Assembly: GCA_965248835.1 (NCBI GenBank)
Contig: CBDFLJ010000001.1
Location: 1,536,001 to 1,600,000, forward strand
DNA length: 64,000 bases
Reading direction: 5' to 3'
DNA from: Alphaproteobacteria bacterium
Lineage (GTDB): Bacteria > Pseudomonadota > Alphaproteobacteria > MPNO01
Shown: piece by piece, positions 38,271-48,368 of the stretch
How the letters are laid out: each line of letters starts with the position of its first letter
Numbering within the stretch: the first letter of the stretch is position 1
Translations under genes and position numbers: made by a program
The notes under the pieces: model-generated
The model's input: only the letters and a program-made list of their open reading frames with translations
Database searches by the model: none
What the model was told of the DNA's origin: nothing

Positions 38271-39200
38271 TCACGTCGTCATCTTAAGCTCGGCAAGAAC
38301 GTGCTGAATTTCGCGATCCTCGATGACCGTCTGGCTGAGCAGTTCGCCGTGCTGCTTTTGCTTCTGGCCACGGCGTAGCGCGTCATTCTTCGCGGAGCCG
38401 AAATAACGGCGCGCCACCTTGGCCTGAAATTCCTCGACTGATTTGGTGGCGTAGTGGTTGATGCGCAATTCGCGCGAAACATGGCAACGGCCGAGCATCG
38501 TCCTGATCGGCTGCCCGGTCTCGTCGTGCGCCGGAATATTGTCGACAACGTTGTGCGCTCGGGCCGCCGAGTTCACGCTGCGCGCCAAGTGTGGTTGAAT
38601 GATCGAACGGTACTGGCGGTTCTGCCAATGCTCGTCGGGCAGACGACGGGTATAGCTTTCGACAACCGAAGCGGCGGGTCTCGTCTGATGTCCGGAAGGG
38701 CCGAAGCAACGCAGGAACACGGCGATCGCCGGAAACCCTTCAAGGCGCTGGAGCGGCTGGACGAGCGTGGTACCGGATGGCGAGAAAAGAAATTCGTCCG
38801 CGTCGATCAGGGCGACCCAACGGCTGCGGCCCGCGAGATGGCGCAGCGCATGGGCATAGGCGAGATGTTGGGCATTCGCCCCGGCGAGGAACCGCGGCCA
38901 AGGGATCAGTTCGAGCCAACCATCGCGGACGTGTGGCGCCAGCAAGGCGTGCGTGTCGTCGGTGCTTCCGTTGTCGTAGAGGACAAAGCGCTCCACCCCG
39001 ACCAGCCGGTGAAAGCTTAGCCACTCTTCCAGGTAAGACGCCTCGTCCTTGATAATCGCGGCGACGGTCAAATAGGTTTCCGGCCGGCCGGCCGACATTC
39101 CCTCGCGGTCGATGACAATGGGGATACGGCGTAACCGTTTTTCAACAAGGCTGCAGCCAAAAAAATCGGCAACCCGCTTGCGTAATCTCCGAGCAATCAC
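38271..39200 (-). CDS. Glycosyltransferase family 92 / GT2-like protein
   Basis: AIIKDEASYLEEWLSFH..VGVERFVLYDNGSTD, WVALIDADEFLF, RINHYATKS.EEF; start uncertain (GTG 39200). Confidence 0.85.
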   Translation of the reverse strand: MIARRLRKRVADFFGCSLVEKRLRRIPIVIDREGMSAGRPETYLTVAAIIKDEASYLEEWLSFHRLVGVERFVLYDNGSTDDTHALLAPHVRDGWLELIPWPRFLAGANAQHLAYAHALRHLAGRSRWVALIDADEFLFSPSGTTLVQPLQRLEGFPAIAVFLRCFGPSGHQTRPAASVVESYTRRLPDEHWQNRQYRSIIQPHLARSVNSAARAHNVVDNIPAHDETGQPIRTMLGRCHVSRELRINHYATKSVEEFQAKVARRYFGSAKNDALRRGQKQKQHGELLSQTVIEDREIQHVLAELKMTT

Positions 39201-39208
39201 AGCGCCAC

Positions 39209-40087
39209 TCAGCCATCCCCGTTGGTCGGAGAACCGATCAGTTGGTCGAGTTCCGAGGCGTGCGGACGCCAAGCGAAGTCGCCGGTAACCAGACCGCCGG
39301 TTCTCGCGAAGACCGTCTTCCAGGGCAACGGGCTGGGGAGGAGGCAGAAGGACAGGACCCACCGCGGCGCCGTGGCGGGGAGAATGCCCCGGTGCAGGAC
39401 CCGCGCCGGCTCGAAGACAATGGCGTCTCCGGCGGCCATGTCGTAGCTGAAGGTTTCGAACTCGATCCCGGCCTTTTCGGTGAGCGGCCGGAGGTCGGAT
39501 CTGCGTTTTCCCACCGGTCCGTAGATATAGCCGGTCCGCCCGATCGCCCTTGTCGCGGCCTTGGCGATGAATTCGGTATTGCCGCCGTGCTCGGCGGTGG
39601 GGTTGAGGTACAACAACAGCTTGAGGTGTGAGGTCGGGCCTTTGTCGCAATGCCACAGGAACGAGCGTTGCGAATCCCGCCCGGGCAGGGTACTGTCGAG
39701 AGCCCACCAGTAGATCAAGTACTCGGAGCCGAACCAGGCGCCGATCGCCCGGTCAACCGGTCCGGTGAAGACCTGCTCGAACGTCTCCGCGACCGCGGAC
39801 CGGTCGGATACGTCGAAAACCTGGACCACGCGGGTCTTTGAATCAATGCCGCTTGCGCCGGCCCGCAGGCGCTCCAGTGTCCGGCCTGCCTCCCGCGGAG
39901 ACAAGACCGGCAGGCGGAGAACGCCAGTCTCCTCCAACCGGCGGTCTTCCGCAGCGGGGAGCAGGCCGTGGGCCGACCGGCATTGCCGGTGCCATTGCTC
40001 GTAACCGCGCTTTCGATCGAAGGAATGGAGCGTCCTTTCGAATCGCCGCGCGTCGCGTTCGGAGCGGCCGAGCAAGGTTCCGAGCAT
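39209..40087 (-). CDS. 2OG-Fe(II) oxygenase / PhyH-like protein
   Basis: FLWHCD (HxD), LKLLLYL, GGNT.F, AGDAIVF....LHRG, R.V jelly-roll motif. Confidence 0.7.
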   Translation of the reverse strand: MLGTLLGRSERDARRFERTLHSFDRKRGYEQWHRQCRSAHGLLPAAEDRRLEETGVLRLPVLSPREAGRTLERLRAGASGIDSKTRVVQVFDVSDRSAVAETFEQVFTGPVDRAIGAWFGSEYLIYWWALDSTLPGRDSQRSFLWHCDKGPTSHLKLLLYLNPTAEHGGNTEFIAKAATRAIGRTGYIYGPVGKRRSDLRPLTEKAGIEFETFSYDMAAGDAIVFEPARVLHRGILPATAPRWVLSFCLLPSPLPWKTVFARTGGLVTGDFAWRPHASELDQLIGSPTNGDG

Positions 40088-40217
40088 ATTCCGACCCCAG
40101 GGTGCGGTTCTCCTTAGCCGATATCGTCCGGGACTTCAACCGCGGCCGGCGGCAGGTTGCGCTGGGACCGACCGGTTGTCATCCTCGCGCGTCTCCAGGC
40201 GCCCAGGAGGGCGATGC

Positions 40218-41633
40218 GTGCGCGCGGTCTTCAAATCCCGGGCCGATGCCGGGACCGTCCCGATCATTCCGATCGAGGGGGCGGTGTTCGATGCCTGGCG
40301 CAAGGCACAGCCCGACACCCTCAAGGCCTGGGTGGACTCGACCGGGTTCACGGCGGCGGCGGGCAAGCTGAGCCTGGTCGCCGGGCCCGGCGGCGCGCTG
40401 GCAAGCGTGCTGGTGGGGCTGGAAGCGCATGACGGGTTCTGGGCCTACGCCGATCTCCCGGGAAGCCTGCCGCCGGGCAGCTATCGCATCGATGCACGAA
40501 TGGAGCCCGCGGCCGCGACCGGTGCGGCACTGGGCTGGGCGCTCGGCTGCTACAGCTTCGACCGCTACGCGGCCGAGCGCGCCAAGCCCGCACCCGCCCT
40601 GGTCTGGCCCGCGCGCGCCGAGCGTGATCACGTGATCCGGGCCACCGAGGCGACGACCACCGTCCGGGACCTGATCAACACGCCGACCAACGACATGGGC
40701 CCGGCAGATCTCGCCGCGGCCGCCCGCAAGATCGGCGCCGCGCACGGCGCCACGGTCAGCGTGACCACCGGCGATGCGCTGCTCAAGCGCAACTATCCGA
40801 CGATTCACGCCGTCGGCCGGGCGAGCGCCAACGCGCCGCGGCTGATCGATTTGCGCTGGGGCCGCGCCGGCGCGCCGAAGGTCACCCTGGTCGGCAAGGG
40901 GGTGTGCTTCGATACCGGCGGGCTGGACATAAAGCCGGCCTCGGGCATGCTGCGAATGAAAAAGGACATGGGCGGCGCGGCCCAGGTGATCGGCTTGGCT
41001 CGGATGATCATGGCGGCCAAGCTCGACCTGCGGCTGCGTGTCCTGGTCCCCGCCGTCGAGAACAGCGTTTCCGGCAATGCCTACCGGCCGCTCGACGTGA
41101 TCACCACGCGCAAGGGCATCACCGTGGAGGTCGGCAACACCGATGCCGAAGGCCGGCTGGTGCTGTGCGACGCGCTGGCGGAAGCCGAACGCGAGAGGCC
41201 CGAACTGCTGATCGATTGTGCGACGCTCACCGGGGCGGCGCGCGTAGCGCTGGGCGCCGACCTTCCCGCGCTGTTCTGCAACGACGACGCGCTGGCCCAG
41301 GACCTGCTGGACTGCGGCACCGAGGTGTCCGATCCGCTGTGGCGGCTGCCGCTGTGGCAGCCCTATCGGCGGATGCTCGACAGCAAGGTCGCCGACATCA
41401 ACAACGTTTCGGACAGCGGCATGGCCGGGGCGATCACCGCCGCGCTCTACCTGCAGGCCTTTGTCGGCGCGCAGACCCCGTGGATCCACGTCGACCTCAT
41501 GGCCTGGAACGCGAGTGCCCGCCCGGGCCGTCCGGTCGGCGGCGAGGCCCAGGGCATGCGGGCGCTGTATGCCCTGATCGAGCGCCGCTTCGCCGGCCCG
41601 CCGGCCCGCCGGCGAGCATCGAAGAAGGCCTGA
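40218..41633 (+). CDS. M17 family leucyl aminopeptidase
   Basis: LVGKGVCFDTGGLDIK, MKKDMGGAA, AVEN, NTDAEGRL.LCDAL, ATLTGA; AGGAGG before GTG 40218. Confidence 0.93.
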   Translation: MRAVFKSRADAGTVPIIPIEGAVFDAWRKAQPDTLKAWVDSTGFTAAAGKLSLVAGPGGALASVLVGLEAHDGFWAYADLPGSLPPGSYRIDARMEPAAATGAALGWALGCYSFDRYAAERAKPAPALVWPARAERDHVIRATEATTTVRDLINTPTNDMGPADLAAAARKIGAAHGATVSVTTGDALLKRNYPTIHAVGRASANAPRLIDLRWGRAGAPKVTLVGKGVCFDTGGLDIKPASGMLRMKKDMGGAAQVIGLARMIMAAKLDLRLRVLVPAVENSVSGNAYRPLDVITTRKGITVEVGNTDAEGRLVLCDALAEAERERPELLIDCATLTGAARVALGADLPALFCNDDALAQDLLDCGTEVSDPLWRLPLWQPYRRMLDSKVADINNVSDSGMAGAITAALYLQAFVGAQTPWIHVDLMAWNASARPGRPVGGEAQGMRALYALIERRFAGPPARRRASKKA

Positions 41634-41721
41634 TCCGTCGATTGCGGGCCGGCGGCGGGTCGGGTTTAATGACCCCGTTCGATCCGTATCCGGAACGAAG
41701 TTGACCGGCGCGAGGCCGCCC

Positions 41722-42102
41722 ATGCTGGAACTCGATCAGGACAGTGCGCTCGATTTGTGGCGCGACACGCTGGTTGCCGGTGTCCGCGACGCCGGGCCCG
41801 ACCTGTCGGCCCGCCAGATGGCGATCCTGCTTACGGTCTACACCACGCCGCCGCCCCACACCGTGCGCGGGCTGGCCGCCGGGCTGGCGATCTCCAAACC
41901 GGCGGTCACCCGCGCCCTCGACCGGCTGGGGGCGCTGGGCTATGTCCGCCGCGCGCGCGAAGAGGCCGACAGGCGCAGCGTCCTCGTCCAGCGGACCGTG
42001 CTAGGCGCGCTGTTCCTGAGCGCGTTCGCCGATCTGATCGCCGCCGCGGCGCGGGCGATCGGCCGCCGATCTGATCCCGAGCCGCCGACCCCCGGCAAAT
42101 AG
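41722..42102 (+). CDS. MarR family transcriptional regulator
   Basis: DLSARQMAILLTVY..PPPHTVRGLA..L.ISKPAVTRALDRL...DRRSVLVQRT. Confidence 0.88.
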   Translation: MLELDQDSALDLWRDTLVAGVRDAGPDLSARQMAILLTVYTTPPPHTVRGLAAGLAISKPAVTRALDRLGALGYVRRAREEADRRSVLVQRTVLGALFLSAFADLIAAAARAIGRRSDPEPPTPGK

Positions 42103-42123
42103 GCCGCCGGTTGCCGGGAACGG

Positions 42124-43353
42124 CTACGCGGCCGCGGCCGGCCTCCAGCGCGGCAGGAACAGCACCGCGACGAAGATCAGGAACGCCGCCCCGGCGAGGA
42201 TCTCGAACAGCGCGCCGAACCCCCTGCTTCCGTGTACCCAGGCGATCAAGGGCACCGCCGTTGCCATGACGGAAAACGTCACGACGTAGCGCAGGGCATA
42301 GGCGCGGCTGCGCCATTCGCTGCGCGCGATCCGTCCGACCAGGACGTCGTTGATCGGGATCTGGCCGAACACCGCCAGCATGAAGGCGATTGCCACCAGA
42401 AGGGACGCCCAGCCTTCGAGATGGGTCATGATGAAGAAGAACGACGCCTGGCAGATCGCGACCACCGCGAAGACACCGCGCAGCGAGACGGTATCGACCA
42501 GATAGCCGACTACGAGCTGCGCCAGGGCGGCGATCGAGAAGACCAGGAATGCGTACCACCCGATCAGCGTCGCCGTTCCCGCGAGATCGGCCAGCCGTTC
42601 GTCGAAGACCTTGGGAATGGCGAAGGTGGTGCTCTGGAAGATCAGGCCGCCGATGGCGGTGGTGAACAGGATCACGGCGAGCACCCTGACGACAACGTCC
42701 CGCGGGACTGCTGCGGCGCCGGTGTCCTTGCGCGCCGCCGCATCCGCGCTGGCCGGCGTTTCCGAAGCCGCCCGGCGCCGGACGAAGATCAAATAGAGGA
42801 CGCCGATCAGGATCGAGACCACCCCCGGGATGATGAAGGCGCTTCGCCAGCCGATGCCGTCGATCAGAAAGCCGGTCAGGAGCGCCGCCACGGCGACACC
42901 CATGTTCCCGAATACGCCGTTGACCGCCAGGACGACCCCCGTCTTCGTGCGGCCCTCGACGACCATCGCAAGGCCGACGGGATGGTAGATGGCGGCGAAC
43001 AGACCGATGGCCGCCAGGCTGAGAGCGATCTGCAGCGGGCTTTGGGCCAGGCTCGCAATCAGCGCGCTGAGCCCGATCCCGACGAAGAACGCCACCATCA
43101 TCCCTTCCCGGCTCCATTTGTCGGCCAGCCATCCGGCGGGGATGGCGCAGATCCCGAACGCGATGAAGCCGGGCGTGGCATAGGGGATCAGGCTGGCGTA
43201 GCTCATGCCCCATTCGGTCGCCAGACGAAGCGCGGCGACCGTTGCGAAGATCAGCATGAACAGGTGGTCCAGGAAATGGCCGACATTGAGGAAGATCAGG
43301 TTGACCTGGCGGTATCGCACTGACGAGGCTCCCGGGTTGCGCATGCCAACCAT
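42124..43353 (-). CDS. MFS transporter
   Basis: About 12 hydrophobic segments; GHFLDH, GWLADKWSR, FAAIYHPVG; start uncertain. Confidence 0.88.
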   Translation of the reverse strand: MVGMRNPGASSVRYRQVNLIFLNVGHFLDHLFMLIFATVAALRLATEWGMSYASLIPYATPGFIAFGICAIPAGWLADKWSREGMMVAFFVGIGLSALIASLAQSPLQIALSLAAIGLFAAIYHPVGLAMVVEGRTKTGVVLAVNGVFGNMGVAVAALLTGFLIDGIGWRSAFIIPGVVSILIGVLYLIFVRRRAASETPASADAAARKDTGAAAVPRDVVVRVLAVILFTTAIGGLIFQSTTFAIPKVFDERLADLAGTATLIGWYAFLVFSIAALAQLVVGYLVDTVSLRGVFAVVAICQASFFFIMTHLEGWASLLVAIAFMLAVFGQIPINDVLVGRIARSEWRSRAYALRYVVTFSVMATAVPLIAWVHGSRGFGALFEILAGAAFLIFVAVLFLPRWRPAAAA

Positions 43354-43435
43354 TTTGCCTATGACCCCGGTTGCGCCCGGCCCGTGCGCTTCGCGTCGGC
43401 CGAGATCGCCCCGCGGCCGCCGGACGAATCAAGGG

Positions 43436-43464
43436 TTGACAACCGATATGCCCGGAACCAGCAT
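43436..43464 (+). promoter_or_regulatory. Putative sigma70 promoter for the ABC operon
   Basis: TTGACA (43436-43441), 17-bp spacer, CAGCAT (43459-43464), followed by an AT-rich leader and GGAGGAG RBS. Confidence 0.4.
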
Positions 43465-43532
43465 ACCGGCTTAGTTTAGACCGATGAACCGAAAAAGCGG
43501 AATAATATAAGCAGCGGAGGAGGAGAGTTAAA

Positions 43533-44519
43533 ATGAAAAAAGCAGTATATCTGGCTTGTCTTGGTCTGGCTTTTTCTGGCCTTGTCTCCGGCGCGGTGTC
43601 GGCTCAGTCTCTCAAAGAAGTCAAGATCACGGTGCCGCGGAACAGCGCGCTGCTCTTGAGCGCCTATGGCGGCAAGGAAGCCGGGATCTTCAGCAGGCAC
43701 GGCATCGACCTGATCATCGACCCGAGGCCGTTCAGGGGCCACATGGCGGGCCTTGCCGCCAAGGAGGTTCCGGTCGCGAACTACGCGGGCACCGCAGCGA
43801 TTGCGCGGATCAACAAGGGGCTCGACTGGGTCATCATCGGCGGCGGGCTGACCGTGATGCAGGAGGTCTTTGTCCGCAACGAGGCCCCCTTCCAGAAGAT
43901 CGCCGACCTGCGCGGCAAGAAGTTCTCGAGCTGGTCGACCGGTGCCGGCGCGTTCAAGGCGACGCGGGCGGCCATCATCGACGGCTACGGAATCGACGTG
44001 CTGAAGGACACCGATTTCGTGCAGGCGGCGGCACCGGCCCTGATCAAGTTCCTCGAGAAGGGGACCGTGGACTCGATGTTCAACATCAGCTCCCTGACGA
44101 TCGCAGCGGCCGCCCAGCCCGACAAGTTCCGCTCGATCTTCGCGCCCAACGACTACTGGAAGAAGAAGACCGGACATCCGATCGTCTGGTCCGCACCGAT
44201 CGTCGCTTGGCGGAGCTGGGTCGATGAGGACCGGGACCGGGCCAAGAGCTACGTCAAGGCCGTCCACGAATCCCTTGAGTGGCTCAGAGACAGCGAGAAC
44301 CTCGACACAGTTGTCGCGAAGTACGGCAAGCTGGCTGCGGTCAAGAACAAGGCGCAGGCCGACGTCTACCGCAAATGGATGAGCGAGAAACGCGTCTTCC
44401 TGACCCGTTGGGACCGCGAGGTGGTCGATGCCCAATGGGAGTTCCTGGAGATGGCCAAGCGGCATGGCGTCCTGGAGAAGGTCCCCGACAAGGCCAAGCA
44501 CGGGCTGATCCTCAACTAG
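43533..44519 (+). CDS. NitT/TauT-family ABC transporter substrate-binding protein
   Basis: Sec signal MKKAVYLACLGLAFSGLVSGAVSA; GIFSRHGID, IADLRGKK; first gene of an ABC operon. Confidence 0.85.
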   Translation: MKKAVYLACLGLAFSGLVSGAVSAQSLKEVKITVPRNSALLLSAYGGKEAGIFSRHGIDLIIDPRPFRGHMAGLAAKEVPVANYAGTAAIARINKGLDWVIIGGGLTVMQEVFVRNEAPFQKIADLRGKKFSSWSTGAGAFKATRAAIIDGYGIDVLKDTDFVQAAAPALIKFLEKGTVDSMFNISSLTIAAAAQPDKFRSIFAPNDYWKKKTGHPIVWSAPIVAWRSWVDEDRDRAKSYVKAVHESLEWLRDSENLDTVVAKYGKLAAVKNKAQADVYRKWMSEKRVFLTRWDREVVDAQWEFLEMAKRHGVLEKVPDKAKHGLILN

Positions 44520-44534
44520 ACGCGCAAGACCAAC

Positions 44535-45305
44535 GTGAACGGGACACTGTTCAAGCCGGGTTTCTGGCCGGGGATATTGACTGTCATCGCGGCCTTGCTG
44601 CTGTGGCAGGTAATATCCCTGTTTTTTTTGCCGGTTTTCCTGCCGGGGCCGATCATCCTGCTGGAGCGGGTCTTTCTGGTCTACGGCGATGCCTCCACCT
44701 ACCTCGTGTTGGGTCAGACCGTCCTGCGCATAGTGGAAGGTCTGATCCTGTCCATGGTCATCGGCACGGCGCTTGGCCTGCTGATGGGTATGAGGCCGAA
44801 CTTCGAAGCATTTCTGGATAGCTGGATCATGGTGCTGCTGACGTTCCCGGCGATCTGCTGGGCGTTCCTCGCCGTGTTGTGGTTCGGGCTGTCCGAGATC
44901 GCGCCGATCCTCACCATCGTTCTGATCGTCTTCCCGTTCGTGTCGATGAACGTTTGGGAAGGCACCAAGGCGGTGGAGAAGAACCTGATCGACATGGGCA
45001 GGGTCTACAAGGCCAACCGGAGGCTGATGATCTGGAAGGTGATCATTCCCCAGCTCATGCCGTATCTGTTCTCCGCTCTCAGAATCGCTCTGTCGCTGTC
45101 ATGGAAGATCGCCCTGGTCGGCGAGGCTTTCGGCGTGGCCAGCGGGGTCGGCCAGCAGCTCACCTTTTGGTTCGAAGATACGCGGGTCGATATGATGCTC
45201 GCCTGGGGCATCAGCTTCATGGTCTTGATGGTGGCGATCGATCTCCTGGTGTTCCGCCTCTGGGAGAACCGCACCTTCGCCTGGCGACACAGTTTTGCGA
45301 CGTAA
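44535..45305 (+). CDS. NitT/TauT-family ABC permease
   Basis: FLPGP, FPAICW, EAA-like loop NLIDMGRVY...KVIIPQLMPYLFSALR. Confidence 0.88.
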   Translation: MNGTLFKPGFWPGILTVIAALLLWQVISLFFLPVFLPGPIILLERVFLVYGDASTYLVLGQTVLRIVEGLILSMVIGTALGLLMGMRPNFEAFLDSWIMVLLTFPAICWAFLAVLWFGLSEIAPILTIVLIVFPFVSMNVWEGTKAVEKNLIDMGRVYKANRRLMIWKVIIPQLMPYLFSALRIALSLSWKIALVGEAFGVASGVGQQLTFWFEDTRVDMMLAWGISFMVLMVAIDLLVFRLWENRTFAWRHSFAT

Positions 45306-45315
45306 GCGGGGTGGG

Positions 45316-46110
45316 ATGTCGACGAGAATCGTTTCGGTAGACAAGCTGACAAAGAGGTTCACCGTTCCGGGCGGGGGCGAGGAGAAGTTCGTCGTCCTGG
45401 ACTCCGTCAGCCTGGAGGTCGATGAGGGCGCGTTCGCCAGCATCGTCGGCCCTTCGGGCTGCGGCAAGTCGACCCTGTTGAACATCATCGCCGGGATCGA
45501 GACCCATGACGCCGACGACGGCGGATCGATCACCGTGCATCCCAAGGCCGGGATGGGCACCGCCGAGCCGCGCATCGGTTATGTCTTCCAGAGCGCCAGG
45601 CTGCTCAACTGGCTGACCGTGGAGGGCAATATCCAGTTCGCGCTGGAGGCTCAGGAGATCCCGCGCGGGCGTTGGCAGGAGCTGGTGACGACCTATCTCG
45701 ATATGGTCGGGCTGGCGGGCCAGCAGAAAAACTACCCGCTCAACCTTTCGGGCGGCATGCAGCAGCGCGTCGCCATCGCGCGCGCCCTTGCGATCGAGCC
45801 CGACATCCTTCTGATGGATGAGCCGTTCAGCCATCTCGACGAGATCACCGCGCGCAAGATGCGCTTCGATCTGATGAGCATCCTCGAACGGGCGAAGACG
45901 ACGATCCTGTTCGTCACCCACGACCTGGGCGAGGCCGTCTTTCTGTCCGATCACATTTATATGATGAGCACCAAGCCGGCCCGGATTTTCAGGCATATCG
46001 AAGTCGACATCCCGCGCCCGCGCAAGCCCGAGGATCCGCAGCTCTTCGACATGGAAAAGGACCTGGTCCGAGAGTTCTTCAGCGTCTTGGACGCCGAGGC
46101 GATATCATGA
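45316..46110 (+). CDS. NitT/TauT-family ABC ATP-binding protein
   Basis: [33 protein letters not shown]; start at ATG 45316. Confidence 0.92.
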   Translation: MSTRIVSVDKLTKRFTVPGGGEEKFVVLDSVSLEVDEGAFASIVGPSGCGKSTLLNIIAGIETHDADDGGSITVHPKAGMGTAEPRIGYVFQSARLLNWLTVEGNIQFALEAQEIPRGRWQELVTTYLDMVGLAGQQKNYPLNLSGGMQQRVAIARALAIEPDILLMDEPFSHLDEITARKMRFDLMSILERAKTTILFVTHDLGEAVFLSDHIYMMSTKPARIFRHIEVDIPRPRKPEDPQLFDMEKDLVREFFSVLDAEAIS

Positions 46111-46889
46111 GCGCCCGCGCCAGGGCTTTCGGGCTCCGAGCCGGTTCCATCCTCGTGCTTGTCGTCTTCTGGTGGGCGACCTCGATCGTCATGGACGACG
46201 TCGAAGTTCTGCCCGGGCCGTTGCTGATCTTCGAGACCATTTTAACCAATCTCGTCACCGACGGACCTGAGGGCCATTCGGCCTATTTCCACATCGCCAT
46301 CACGATGGCGCGGATCTTCATCACTTTCCTCGCCGCCATGGTGGTCGGCATCGGCATCGGGTTGGCGATGGGGCTTCGCAAGATTTTCGAGAGCTCGCTG
46401 ATGGCCCTGATCCCGCTCGCCCTGACCATGCCGACGATCCTGATGGTCTTCCTCGCCGTGCTGTGGTTCGGCTTCAACGAGGTCGGCAGTCTGGTCGCGG
46501 TCATGGGCGTGGTCATGCCGTTCGTTGCGGTGAACATCTTCCAAGGCGCCAAGGCGATGGACAAATCCCTGCTCGACATGGCGAAGTCGTTCAGGGCCCA
46601 GAGGCGGATGCTGATTCGCAAGGTCTACCTGCCGCAGCTTATGCCTTACATCTTTTCCGCCTTCCGCTTCGCCTTCGGCATGACGTGGAAGATCGTCGCT
46701 TTGGCCGAGACGTTCGGCATCAAGTTCGGCATCGGCTACATGTTCTTCTTCTGGTTCGAGCAGTTCTCCATGGAGCAGGTGCTGGCCTGGGTCGTGCTGT
46801 TCGTCATCCTGATGCTTGCCCTCGAACACGGGCTGTTCGCGCGGATCGAGAGCAAGGCATTCGCCTGGCGGCCGTCCCACTCCCATTAG
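46107..46889 (+). CDS. NitT/TauT-family ABC permease (second)
   Basis: VLPGP, LLDMAKSF...KVYLPQLMPYIFSAFR, WKIVALAE. Confidence 0.88.
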   Translation: MSARARAFGLRAGSILVLVVFWWATSIVMDDVEVLPGPLLIFETILTNLVTDGPEGHSAYFHIAITMARIFITFLAAMVVGIGIGLAMGLRKIFESSLMALIPLALTMPTILMVFLAVLWFGFNEVGSLVAVMGVVMPFVAVNIFQGAKAMDKSLLDMAKSFRAQRRMLIRKVYLPQLMPYIFSAFRFAFGMTWKIVALAETFGIKFGIGYMFFFWFEQFSMEQVLAWVVLFVILMLALEHGLFARIESKAFAWRPSHSH

Positions 46890-46992
46890 GGGACAGGCTC
46901 ACCGCCCGAGACCGGCCGGCCGGCCGGCAAATCGACTTCCACGGCGTGGCTGAGCGGATCCGCTGGGTCCGCCCGCGGCCTGCGGAACAGCT

Positions 46993-48282
46993 GGACGCCT
47001 CCATTTACCTCGCGAATTTTGCCTGGTTGTGATTCTCTACGACGGTTCGGTTCGAGGAGGTATTGATGAGGCAGGCTGGTCTGTTCGGCTTACCGGATCA
47101 TCTTCGGAAGCTATCGGCGACGGGCGATCCGTTGGAGGTGCTGGCGAAGGTCGTCGACTTCGAGATTTTCCGCGCGCCGCTTGAGGCGGCGCTGGGCTAT
47201 TCGGATGGATCGAAAGGCGGCCGCCCGGCCTACGATGCGGTGGCGATGTTCAAGGTACTGATCCTGGCCGCGCGGCACACGGTGAGCGACGAGCGGATGG
47301 AGTTTCTGATCCGCGACCGCTTGAGCTGGCTTCGCTTCCTGGGCTTCGATCTCGGAGCGCCGACGCCGGACCGCAACACCATATGGATCTTTCGCGAGCG
47401 TCTGGTCCGGGCCGGGGCGATGGATAAGCTGTTTGCCGCCTTCGATGGCGAACTGCGCCGGTGCGGCTATCTGGCGATGGGCGGGCAGATCGTCGATGCG
47501 ACGTTGGTATCGGCGCCCAAGCAGCGCAACAGCGACGACGAGAAGGCGGCGATCAAGGCAGGCAAGAGGGCATCCGAGATCTGGCCCGATCAGCCGGCCA
47601 AGGCGGCGCAGAAGGACACGGATGCGCGGTGGACGGTGAAGACCGGGCGGCGCAAGAACCCCGCCGGGGCGCAACGGCGCATGCCCGACATCGCGATCCC
47701 GGTGTTCGGCTACAAGAATCACATCGTCATCGATCGGGCCTACGGCTTCATCCGCAGCTCGGCAGTGACCGATGCCGCCCGCCATGACGGCAAGATGTTG
47801 CGTCATCTCGTCACCGGCGACAATCTGGCCGCCGGCGTGTGGGCCGACAGCGCCTATCGCTCGAAGGCCAACGAGGCGTGGCTGGCCGGCAAGGGTCGGG
47901 TCTCCCACATCCACCGCAAGAAGCCGCCGGGCCGGGCCATGCCCAAGGCGACCGCCCGGGCCAATGCCCGCAAGTCAGCGGTCCGTGCGCATGTCGAGCA
48001 CGTCTTCGCCCAGCAGAAGGATCGCATGGGCCTGTTCGTCCGTACCATCGGGCTCGAGCGGGCGGCGGCCAAGATCGGCCTCGCCAACCTGGCTTATAAT
48101 TTCCAGCGTCTGATCTTCCATGAGCGCAGCGCCGCCATGGCATGAGTCCGCCCGAATAGCGCCAAAACCCTCCGCCGAGAACGAAACGGCGGATGATTGC
48201 GGACGTCAACACCGCCGATCTCAGCGAAAGTCGGACAGCACACCGAAATCTTCGTCAAATCCCTCGGTTGTTAGAGGTCTCC
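46993..48282 (+). mobile_element. IS5-family insertion sequence, 1290 bp, AGCT target-site duplication
   Basis: Imperfect terminal IRs GGACGCCTCCA / GGAGACCTCTA (reverse complement; 8 of 11 match); AGCT at 46989-46992 and 48283-48286; single intact transposase. Confidence 0.85.
47063..48145 (+). CDS. IS5 family DDE transposase
   Basis: GGRPAYD..MFK.L, DRLSW.RFLG, GQIVDAT, DTDARW, FGYKNH, WADSAY, RAHVEHVF, ANLAYN. Confidence 0.95.
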   Translation: MMRQAGLFGLPDHLRKLSATGDPLEVLAKVVDFEIFRAPLEAALGYSDGSKGGRPAYDAVAMFKVLILAARHTVSDERMEFLIRDRLSWLRFLGFDLGAPTPDRNTIWIFRERLVRAGAMDKLFAAFDGELRRCGYLAMGGQIVDATLVSAPKQRNSDDEKAAIKAGKRASEIWPDQPAKAAQKDTDARWTVKTGRRKNPAGAQRRMPDIAIPVFGYKNHIVIDRAYGFIRSSAVTDAARHDGKMLRHLVTGDNLAAGVWADSAYRSKANEAWLAGKGRVSHIHRKKPPGRAMPKATARANARKSAVRAHVEHVFAQQKDRMGLFVRTIGLERAAAKIGLANLAYNFQRLIFHERSAAMA

Positions 48283-48368
48283 AGCTTTGTTGCCATTGTC
48301 GCTCACCCTCCGCCTTGTCGCGGGCCGACCCCGACCATAGACTTTCTCTGGAGCTGGAGGGAGCCGCG

